64,000 nt of DNA, taken from NCBI GenBank assembly GCA_043228905.1, contig JBHGNT010000003.1:3844001-3908000 (forward strand), given 5' to 3'. The position numbers were made by a program, and so were the translations under genes. Below, one piece after another: positions 38,801 to 49,132 of the stretch (the stretch's first letter is position 1; every line of letters starts with the position of its first letter). The DNA is from Azolla caroliniana. Taxonomy: Eukaryota; Plantae; Polypodiophyta. The notes under the pieces are model-generated. The model did no database searches and had not been told where the DNA came from. It saw only the letters and a list, made by a program, of their open reading frames with translations.

Positions 38801-40665
38801 TTGTTGTAGATAACCGTTGAATTGACCAGAAAAGTACTCTTTCCCGCCATCCGACCGCAGACACTTGATCTTTCGTCCCGTTTCCGTTTCCACGAACCCT
38901 TTGAGGTCCCGGAAACAGTCGAAGACTTCGCTCTTCCTCTCAATGAGGTAGATCCACGTGTGCCGCGTGTGGTCGTCGATGAAGGAGACGAAATTCGGCT
39001 CCCGCCAAGATTAACGTTTTGTGTCGGCCCCCATACATCGGAGTGTATAAGGTCGAGCTTATTCCGGCTCCGATTTTGCTCGTTGGGGAAAGGAAGTCGG
39101 TGTTACTTCCCGAGCTGGCAAGCTTCACAAATTTGTGCCTTTCGGCCACTAAATTTGGGCAATCCGAACACTACCTGTTTCGATTGCAGATCTTGAAGCC
39201 GCTGGTAGTTGACGTGGCCTATCCGCTTGTGCCACAAGTCGATGTCCGACTCGGTTTTTCTTCCTTTCGCGAACATTGCGGTCCCGTCTCTGCGCCCTTG
39301 CGCAATCACACGGCCTTCTTCCTCAATGAAGCACCCGAGGTGTGTAAACCGAACCTCCATCCCTTGGTCGACGATCTGTCCGACCGAGACCAAGTTCTTC
39401 GTGATTGTCGGAACGTGGAACACGTTCATGAGTTTCCCTTTTTGCCCGACATGGCTAAGGGGAACTTCTCCGACATTCGCGATCGGATGCGGAGTGTCGT
39501 CTCTAGTTGCGACTACTCCAGGTTGTATCGGTTTTTCAAGGTACGAGAACCACTCCTTATGGCTCGTCATGTGGTTTGACGCGCCGGAGTCTACGTACCA
39601 CACCTCGTCCGATCTCGGGGTGATCCGTTTCATTGACTTTGCTTCATGTCTCGTCACGAAGGCAGACCCTTCTCTGGCTCTCTCGGAGTCTTCGGCGTAG
39701 TGTGATCGTTGCCGATTTCCCTTGTCGGTATGTCCGGAGCCGTTTCCGGAACTGGTTCTCTCCAAATCGGCACGCTTCTTCCAGCACTCACTTTCCCTGT
39801 ACCAGCACTCCGTGATGGCCTTCCCTTGCCGGTTCTCATCGCTTCAACTCCCCATGTTTCCGGAGGGTCCGGAGTTGTTGTCGGCATCACTTTGGTGCCT
39901 TCTTCCTTGATCTCGTCGGCCGCCTCCATTGCGCGCCGACTCGCCTCGTCCTCCACGTCCACGGGGCGTATCTCCCTCCGTGTACAACATTTTGCTGTCG
40001 GTGTGCGTGCTTGTAGACGCACCCGCGTGGTTCTCCTCTACCAGGAGCATTGACTGTAAGTCGAAAAAGGACGGCGTATTCTCCTGGGTACACACAACCG
40101 TCTGGAACGCTCCGAACTTCGACGCCAAACCTCCGAGACAGATCTGGACCATCTCGCTCTCCTCGATGTTCACCTCTATGGAGGCGAGGGAGTCGCAGAT
40201 ATCCTTGATCTTCGAGGTATAGTCCGCCACCGACAAGTCGCGTTGTGGTAGGTTGCTCAACTCCTGTCGGAGCTGAAGCTTCCTTGCTGTGGTGCTCGCG
40301 GCGAAGATCTTCTTCAGATTTTCCCACGCACCCTTCGGCGTCTTTGCATCCCAAACATAGCTCAATAGTTGTTCGCCCACACATGACGTGAAGCAGTATA
40401 AAACCCTGCTCGCCGATTGCTCCCATGACGGGAAGTCTCTGTGTGTTGATTCGGGTGCCGCGTCATTAGCTCCTTCGACATAACTCCAGTAGCCGTGGCC
40501 GAGTAGGTACTGGTGCATCTTGTAAGACCAAGATGCGTAGTTGGTTCTGTCGAGCTTCTCTGTTGGAAGCGAGCTTGCCATGCCTCTATCCATCGTTCTT
40601 CTTGTTCTTCTTCATCAAGCTGTGTCGGCTGCAAAGAGGTTCACAACCCTCGCGCTCTGATACCA

Positions 40666-41070
40666 TGTAAAAAGTAACGTGCGGAAGCAAGTATGAAGTT
40701 CGAACAGAAGGAAGAAAACTCAGGTTTAATGGAGAGCTTGAGCTTACGCAGTATACGCGGGAGAGACAGAGAGAGTGAGAGAGAGAAAACACAAGTACTA
40801 TATTTCAACAAAACGATCTCGATTCACTACTCTATACATATGTGTGTTCCATGAACACTTTTATACAAGTCCTCGAAGGACTGACCGAAGTACTGACCAT
40901 ACTTCAATGCTCTTTAAGAGCTCCTACACTAACTCCCAAATATATTCCTCACGGAATATCTTTCCTAACGGCCTCCTGGTTTACGCACTCGGCCTAACCG
41001 ATCGGTCCCAACCGATCCGGTCCTCGGCTTCTTCAGCCGATCCGGCCGATGTTGAGCTTGTCTCTCAACA
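40666..41070 (-). repeat. 5' LTR of full-length Copia
   Basis: Direct repeat of 35433-35837; adjacent iMet PBS. Confidence 0.95.
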
Positions 41071-41286
41071 TTACTTACAAACAAGGAATAGAAAACTTTA
41101 CACATTTGTGATTGTTTTGAGAATACAAAATTAAGCTTAATTGTTATATATTATATAATAAGACAAATATTCTCCAAAAGCCCAAATAGGTTTGATCAAC
41201 AAATGGATGAATGTTTGGAATACAATTTCAAAAGCAACATTCATGAACCAAGGAGATAATGTTTCTACTAATTTAGTTTAACTTCA

Positions 41287-43595
41287 TCAGAAGGGTCGTC
41301 GTTCTTCATAGTGTTTCTTGCATAACCACGCAACTTGAGTACCATTGTCTATTAAGGCATGCCTAAGACAGAACTTCTCGGCTATGTTTTGGTTTGTCAC
41401 ACTTCCATTCTCTTCTAATATGAATGCCAAGCATGTTTTCCATTCTTTGAAATACTCTGATGTACTTGGACATACATGAAAGGCTTTTGATGAGATAGAT
41501 CTATCAAATTTGGATTGAATAATACTTGAGATCATAGGGTCCTCTTTCGCTAGTTTGAGGTGGGGACTCCAATAAGGTATGCAAGACCTTGTGACTGGCG
41601 CCACGGAGTTAATACCGAGTCTAATAGCTAAAGTCAAAATAGAAAAGAAAAATTTAATATATGGAAGAACTTTTTGTAAACTCTCTAAACGAGACTTTGA
41701 CCAAGACATGAGGGTGATTCCTTGTTGGTTTTCCACTGGGTGTGGTAATGTTGGATGCTCACAATACAAATGGATTTGCATGGGTAATGCTCCAAGCAAT
41801 GAGGTTACCAAACTTGCCACATTCTTGTCATGACCATTAGTTGTAATGATGGCAACACGTGGGAGTTGCATATCAGTCTTGTTCTCCATAGCCAACTTTA
41901 ATAGCTTACAAATAGATTTCTCAACCTTGATCATGACATCTTTTCTCAAAAATTGAATTTCACGATGTATTGCATCCATCTTCTCTAAGAGCTCTTTATG
42001 ATTGGCATCTATTACATGATATAAACTTGAGATTGCCTTTGCCATGACCTTGATAGATCACACCTCAACATTAGTTGCCGCCTCCAATGTTTGATCTTCT
42101 AGATGTTGCAACAAGCTATTTTCCAAGCTTTTAGTGGTCATATTTCATTGGTATTGTCGTTCCATAGTTACATTGACTTCATCACTCTCAAAGCACAATA
42201 ATGGATTTTTTGCCTCTTGCTCGAGCCATACTTTACATGATGTGAGAACTTCCTCATAATTCTCGAAACCGAGAAGATCAATGAAATCATTTTTCATATA
42301 GCCATACATTTGCTTACGAGTCCGTTTCCAATCATAAGATTCTCGCTCGCCTCGTTCAAGTTTATGTCTGAGTTGTTCCTTCAAATAAGTTATTTCCACA
42401 CATTGATCTTCTCTATCTTGCGTGCTTGATGGATCATGTAAGCAGTCGGGCCGGATGAAGCTCTCAATTAGTTTAACCCCTTGGCTTCCAGTAGGTTGTG
42501 CACATATTGTAATCAAGGTGTTAATAATATGTTTTTCCACATAAGCTAAGGTCGTTGGTGTATGACGTTGTTGGCTATTAGTTGGATGATCAACCTGAAT
42601 GAGCACATCTATCACATGCTCCGATTTTACTTTGCAGAACACAATGATGATCTCCCTATCAGGAAAACAAATGTATATGAAATCTTTGCCCAATGTGATC
42701 TCAGAATTATTGTCTTCAACTAATTTGAAGGCATCGCTAAATAACACTTGAATCCTCGGAAACAATTCTGGTGTAAGAAAGGTTAGGTTTTGATCTTCAC
42801 ATTGTAGCCTTTTACCCATGTGTTGAAAAATATCATTGTAATCATCATCCACATTATCTGTGCACGTTGATGATATCCATTGGAGTTGCTCTATACCTGA
42901 TTCATCTGTCAATAAGGTTGGGATAAAGATACGATCCACGCTGCTATTGGAGATACCATGATTAGTGGCAACTTTGCAACATAGGTGCATTGCTTGCATC
43001 AAGTCTACTAGAAATGAGCCCTTACCTTTAGATCCAGTAATCGATTCCAAGCGCCTCTCTATGAAATCTCGAGAGGGGAATCCACTATAAAAAACAATGG
43101 TATCCTTTGATGCTTTAGGCTTTGAGAAACCAATGAGGCTTCCCATTATCTCCTTGCAAAACCAATTGGGATCAAGAACAATGTGATCAACTCTGTTTAT
43201 GTATATAATGTTACCGCACTCATTCAAGGATAGGGTAATAGCCTTCAATTTAGCTTCACTGTATAAATGGAATGGATAGCATATCTCTTTCAACTTGTTC
43301 CATGTAATAATTCGTTCATTTCTGTTTTTCAAATGATTGGAGAGATGTTCACCTACTTGTGTGCAAATACTGTACAACTGAACACCTTGGAGCATGTCTT
43401 TAGCAATGTCGAAGATACACCCTACCACAAATTTGACAGAATCCTGCTTTCTTGCATCCACATCGAACACAGGATTGACAATGTCAATGACCCCTTTAAA
43501 TTCTGATCGAAGGGAATCAATGGAACGTGAGAGGGAGCTGGACACAAACTCCATTTGATCTGCTCGTGTGAACAACACGATCACTCTGAGAGCGA
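41287..43595 (-). pseudogene. TORNADO1-like Roco gene, copy C (5'-truncated: late Roc, COR and C-terminus); most divergent paralog
   Basis: LFTRAD, FDVDARK, VLDPNWFCKE, TFLTPELFPRIQV, IHLYCEHPTLPHPV and VAWLCKKHY. TGA at 42145-42147, a frameshift near 42130 and a second TGA near 42058. Homology to copy B stops at 43595 against an LTR fragment. Confidence 0.9.
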
Positions 43596-44240
43596 CACTA
43601 AATAGTTGGAGCTGGTTAGCTTAAAAATACCACCGAATGAATCTTTCATTTTCCTTAAATGCTTTGATACTAGATTGATACGCGAAATGGGAACTTGGCC
43701 ACAATGAAGTCAAATGCGGAATAGGGAACACATGTAAAAATAGAGAGAAACAGAAATGGAAGTGGACAACCTATTACGTGGAAAACCCCAAAATGGGTAA
43801 AAACCATGGGAGTCCACAGGCACCAAACAAATCACTATGAGAGAAATATATACAACGAACGAACGAACGAACGAACTCACAAGCATTGACCTGAGCTCGT
43901 AAAGTTCACCGACAGGCGATTACAATAGGGAAGCTCTCGCTACCTCTTTCTCTTTCTCTCTTTCTCTCTCTCTCTGGCTATGGCAGCTCTGCTATAGACG
44001 CAACAACCTCGCACAAGCTGTACACAGTTGCAGAGACACCTCAAACACAGCGATCAACAAGAAAACTACGACTGCTCTCTATTCGCTCTCATGTAAGGTT
44101 TGCCGTAGTTATCTCTTTACTTAGATAACTTTCGGGCCATTTACATAACTAGCCTAAGTAGGCTTGACTCAAGAAAACTATTTACATCTTCCTTTGTCCT
44201 AAATTTGGCCCATGCGAAAGGGACCTAATTCTTAGACGAA
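43596..44240 (-). mobile_element. LTR fragment with degenerate iMet PBS, replacing the 5' part of Roco copy C
   Basis: Plus-strand GCTTTGATACTA (43661-43672) is the reverse complement of TGGTATCAGAGC with 2 mismatches, followed by a TG..-type LTR end. LTR-like (AACG)n and (TC)n tracts. Right boundary approximate. Confidence 0.5.
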
Positions 44241-44249
44241 TTCTAGAGA

Positions 44250-44525
44250 GTCAACGTCAATGCATTCTAATGGGCAAAAATGATGAACCCATATAAAACC
44301 TTCTTAGGGATGTTTTCACTATTGAAGAATTTAGAGATACGTCCATAGAATCTAATTCGAGGGTCAACGTCAATGCATTCTACAAAGTGAAAATGATGAA
44401 CCCATATAAAAACTTATTAGGGATGTTTTTCACTATTTAAGAATTTAGAGTTACATCCATAGAATCTAATGAAAGGGTCAAAGTCAATGCATTCTACAAA
44501 GTAAAAATGATGAACCGATATAAAT
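44250..44525. repeat. ~113-bp tandem repeat (about 2.4 units), contiguous with a block homologous to 24040-24600
   Basis: GTCAA(C/A)GTCAATGCATTCTA starts at 44250, 44363 and 44477. 44420-44950 matches 24040-24600 and 56960-57520. Confidence 0.8.
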
Positions 44526-45394
44526 GATATAAAAATGTGTTAGGGATGAGATGTAACAATGTAATGCAATCTAACCTATGCAAGAATTTGATGACATGTA
44601 AAAATTAGCTTTTAATAGTTTAAACTATAGGAATAAATCCAATGGATTTATAAATCTTTAAGATGCAGGGGCCCTAACATACTCAACCAAACCAATCCTT
44701 GCATGAATTTCTCTCACAAGCATAGTCTACAGTCTCAATCGTGACATTTCTTAGTAAAGCTCTTAAAGCTTAAAAGTTACTACTCACTTTCATATGTATT
44801 ACATGATGTCACTTTTTTTTATGGGTATCCTAGTTCAACTCAACCTCCAAAAATGATAATAGAATCTATCTTTCTCTCACTCACTGATAAAGAGATTTGT
44901 ATTGAGAACTGCAATCCAAGGTTTCAATAATGTTGTAGTATGTGATTCATAACTATTTGAAGTGTTTTTTTCTCATTTGATGTGCTTTTGTACATCGTTT
45001 CACTCATTCAATGGTAGATTAAGCCAAATTATGGCTAAAACAAAGTTTTTTCTTAATATAGTTAAGGGAGGAGAGGCAGAATTTTCCTTATGTCTAATAC
45101 CCTATTTTTGGTAACTAAAGAGTACTTGTCAACCATTCTTGCAAGTTACAACTTCGCTTGAGAGGAAGTTGCACACTTGATGCAACATACCTAGAAGAGA
45201 CACATTTAATAAGAAAAAGACATTGTATACTTAATTCAAGTACACAATTAACCTTGATTCATATCGGTTATAAAACAAGACAATTATTTCCAGTTGCAAA
45301 ATCCCATCTAAATTCAAAAAGTGAATATTCAAATGTTTATTATAAATATGGACAGTAGGCCTTTCTATTTAAACCCACATAGCAAATATATAAT

Positions 45395-46963
45395 TTAACT
45401 TAGAGAGAAGAACCTTTTTCCTTCACAATGCATCTTGCATAACCATGCAACTTGAGTACTCCTGCCACCTTCATCATAGATGGTGAGATGGAACTTCTTA
45501 GCTATGTTTTGGTTTGTTAAACCTCCATTTTCTCTTAATATAGATGCCAAGCACTTTTCTCACTGTTTGGAAGCACACTCTAGTGTACTTAGAAATATAT
45601 CCTTTTTTTTATTCAAAACTATTTTGTATCATAGGATATTGTTTCACTAGTTTGAGGTGGGTTGTCCAATCAGGAATCTAGGAGCTTCCAAGAGGTACCA
45701 TAGATGAAATACCGAGTGGAGGAGCTATTGTCAACACATGAAACAAACCATTGATATATGGAAGAGCTTTGTCTAGATACTTTGAATGAGACTCTGACAA
45801 AGAGGTGAGTGTGATACCAAGTTGGTTTTCCACTGGGTGTGGCAATTGTTTATCCTCACAATATAACTGGATTCTTAGAATTTTTCCTCCCAAAATTTGA
45901 GGCACCCATCTCAAAAGTTCCTCAAAGGTTGACTTGGGAAACTTAGTCAGAAGGAGGGCGACACGAGGGAGATGCTTTTCGGCCTGATTCTCCACAACAA
46001 TTTTCAATAGCTTACTTATAGAGGTTTCAACCTTGCCCATAACATCATTCCTCATATATTGAAGTTCTTGATGCATTTTATCCAGCTCCTTCATCATTTG
46101 ATCCATCTTATCATGTAACTTGAGGACTTCATTGCAAGTGGCATCCATTTTATGATGTAAACTTAAAAGTAACCTTACCATAACCTTACTAGATTGTACC
46201 TCCCTTGTCTCTTCTAAAGTTAATTGATCTTCTTGCATGAGGCCATTTTCCAAGTTAGTCATAATGATCACATTTTCATGACTTCGATATTTCCTAGATT
46301 CATTGACAATTTCATCATTCTCCAATAATGCATCCCTCAACTCCACCTCAAAACATTCCTTATATGATTTGAGGACCTCCCCATAATATTCTGGCCTGAG
46401 GAGATCAATTAAATCGTTTGATAAAGGATAGGACATATGCCTAGTATGTTTCCAATCATACAATTCTTTCTCGCCTCGCTCAAGCTTTTTTCTTAATTGT
46501 CTCTTCAAATAAGTTACTTTCATGCATTGATCTTCTCTACCTTGCACCATTGATGGATAGAGTAAATAGTCAGGACGGATGACACTCTCAATCAACTTGA
46601 CCCCTTGCACACCGGTGGGTTGTGGGCATATTGTAGTCAAGTTGGTGATGATCTCTTTTCTACTAAAGTTAAATTACTTAGCATGTCTGGCTGAGTATTA
46701 TTTTGAGCTCGAAGTAGGACGACATCTATGACATGGTTTGATCTTGCTTGGCAAAACATGACGATGATCTCGCTCTTTGGAAAACAAATGGATATGAAAT
46801 CTTTGCCGAGTGTGATGTCAGCATTATGATCCTTAGATTGGAAAGCATTGAGTAATAATGCCTGAATTCGTGGAAATAAGCATGGTGTAAAGAAGGTGAG
46901 GAATCTGTTCTCACACTCTAACCTTCTACCCATATACACAAAAGTATCAATATCATTGTTACC
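45395..46963 (-). pseudogene. TORNADO1-like Roco gene, copy D (COR and C-terminus only; 5' part replaced by an LTR)
   Basis: FVYMGRRLECEN..PRIQ, ICPQPTGVQGVKLIESVIRPD, IQLYCEDKQLPHPV and VAWLCKMHCEGK. Frameshift ~46640, TAG at 45678 and further stops. Closest to copy A; 3' flank homologous to those of A and B. Confidence 0.9.
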
Positions 46964-47295
46964 TGTAAGAATATACGGGGAGGCATAAGGGTATGTGTAA
47001 TGATGTGTATGTGTAAAGTAAATGAGTATGTGTGAGCACATGCACAATTATGTGCATGTGACAAGAGTGTAACGGTCTTCTCTTTTGTAACATACATTAT
47101 TACCGTTACATTATGTATTATATAAACCGCTTATGGGGCATCTAATGGATATACAATTTTCCCCTCTCACATTTGTGTCATTTCCTATTTTTCTCTCTCT
47201 CTAGCTCTCTCCCTATCGCAACCCCCTTGGGAGGGGGGTGAAGCCATTCTAGGCTTCACTCCCCACCCCGACAACACTTTTGGCACGCTCGAACG
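46964..47295 (+). mobile_element. LTR (46964-47276, TGT..ACA) with tRNA-Arg-like PBS
   Basis: Begins TGTAAG exactly where Roco homology ends; TATATAAA at ~47118; hairpin GGGGTGAAGCC-ATTCTA-GGCTTCACTCC; ends GACAACA, followed by CTTT and TGGCACGCTCG (PBS-like). No second LTR found in the window. Confidence 0.6.
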
Positions 47296-47660
47296 ACCGA
47301 CCTCACTTGAGAAGAAGTCACTCCCTCACTCCCTCACTCCCCGTCCCCATCATTAATTTCTCTCCTCAATCTCTCTACCTAAAACCCTAGACACCCCAAC
47401 CTTCATCTCTATGTCCATCCATATCTCTCATTCTGTGAATTTGTGTTGCGTTTGTGTTGTGCATGTGTTTGTTAGTGTCCACTTCCAAAAGGTGAAGGGC
47501 GAAGAAGAGGAGGAAAGTGAAACGGTTCTCCGCAGAGAAGGGAAGGAAACACTTCGACATATGTGAGGTCTGTTGCCCAACTGTTCGCGGACTCCGCTGT
47601 AGAGAACAGAGATTCACGACTCTCTGCAACAGAACAGAGCAGAGAAGAACGAACGAAGCC

Positions 47661-48240
47661 ATGGCTAAGCCTACATTCCAAGGTACTCGAAATAAAGAGG
47701 TCATTCGAGGAGTAGGTCGCCATTCACGCTCCAGTGTTTGTCATAAGCGTGGTTTGTGGGCCATCAAAGCGAAGAACGGTGGATCCTTCCCTTCCCACCA
47801 TAAGCAAGCTTCTGAAACTCTCGTATCTGAGAGACCTCCCAAGTTCTACCTTGCCGATGATGTTCCTAAACACCTTCGAAATAAACGTGTCCTCAAACCT
47901 ACTAAGCTCAGGTCAAGCATCACCCTAGGCACTGTCTTGAATCTGCTTGCTGGACATTTTAAGGGGAAGAGGGTTGTTTTCCTTATGCAGTTGGAATCTG
48001 GTTTGCTTTTGGTTACAAGTCCATTCAAGCTAAATGGTGTACCTCTACGTCGAGTAAGTCAATCATATGTAATAGCAACCACTACAAAGCTTGATGTAAG
48101 CAAAGTAGATATGGGTAAAATTACAGACAACTACTTCGAAAAGGAAGTTTAGAAGAAGAAGAAGAAAAGTGAGAGCGAGTTCTTTGAGGCTGAGAAGGAG
48201 GAAAAAGAATCAGAATCTCAACGAGAAGGATCAGAAGAAG
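47661..48240 (+). pseudogene. RPL6: 60S ribosomal protein L6 (eL6) processed pseudogene/retrocopy, 3'-truncated
   Basis: [101 protein letters not shown]. No introns. Premature TAG at 48150-48152, followed by in-frame KKKKKSESEFFEAEKEEK. C-terminus missing. Confidence 0.92.
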
Positions 48241-48767
48241 AAGACGGAGGATGTAAGCAGAAGATGGATCCATGGATGGAAAGACAAAGCTTTAATGCAG
48301 GTTATGGGGCCCTCTTCATCATCATTATCATCCACACCATCACCATCTCCATCTAAGATCTCATCGGATACTTCTCTTAGGATGGGCCTCTCACAACATC
48401 TCAAAATCTTTGGATGTTGACGTTGCTTCTTCTTGCGTTGATCCTTCGATTGACCTGAGGGTTTCTGATCCATTCCTACAGGTCATTATAAGGAGTGTAG
48501 TAGAGAGGCGACTGAGCTACAAGAACGTTCTACATTTTCTCGCCACTTATTAAGTTAACATAGATTGTCTCTCTGAGTATCGCAACTCTCTTCAATGCTC
48601 CAGTAGCAAAAGATGATTCTACCAGGGCTTGTGTTTTGTATGTAACTTCTCTAGAATTGTGTGGCCTACTTGTAACAACTATGGCACTACAACTAGTAAA
48701 GATGATGAATGGTGATTCCAACAAAATCAAAGAGATCAGCGCCACCGCCTCCATTGTTGTCATGATA

Positions 48768-48828
48768 TGGCAAGACTCGAACCCATGACCTTATGCTACA
48801 TAGGTCGAGCTCTTACCATTAGAATATG
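48768..48828 (-). mobile_element. tRNA-derived SINE head or tRNA-like pseudogene fragment
   Basis: Minus strand TATTCTAATGGTAAGAGC (A-box-like) ... GGTCATGGGTTCGAGTC (B-box) at tRNA-like spacing. No clean cloverleaf. Confidence 0.4.
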
Positions 48829-49132
48829 AATTATAATTTGTAGAATATTATTTTCATTTATACTTTATCATAGAAAATTGATGTATATTCCAGATCTCTC
48901 TGGAACATTCTAGAAGCTTCAAGATTATTCCTAAAAACACTATAAAAGGAGGCACAAGGCATTGTTTTGAACCAAATTGGTTCAACGCCAGTCTTAAGCC
49001 TCTTAGCCACTTTGTACTTATCTTTTCACATAATATATTAGCTGTTGTCATCATCTTTCTCTCTCTCTCTCTCATTCTCGCTATCTCTCTCTCTCCTCTT
49101 GTCACTTCCTCTCTCGGGAATCTTACGTAGTC

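Larger units (their letters stand above)
35433..41070 (-). mobile_element. Full-length Ty1/Copia LTR retrotransposon (GC-rich), gag-pol disrupted by stops and frameshifts
   Basis: 405-bp LTRs at 35433-35837 and 40666-41070 (TG..CA, about 7 differences by eye); TSD TTACT (35428-35432, 41071-41075); tRNA-iMet PBS TGGTATCAGAGC (40665-40654); PPT CTTGAGGGGGAG (~35838-35849). Gag 39844-40593, protease WYVDSGASNH, integrase [28 protein letters not shown], RNaseH KHIEVHYH, in Copia order. Confidence 0.97.

Noticed and set aside
35500-40800. Numerous plus-strand and alternative-frame ORFs within the GC-rich Copia
   Set aside because: Shadow ORFs caused by high GC content opposite gag-pol; no recognisable domains.
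43596-43605. CACTA transposon terminus at the truncation point of copy C
   Set aside because: No matching TAGTG end, subterminal repeats or 3-bp TSD found; the nearby PBS-like motif fits an LTR fragment better.
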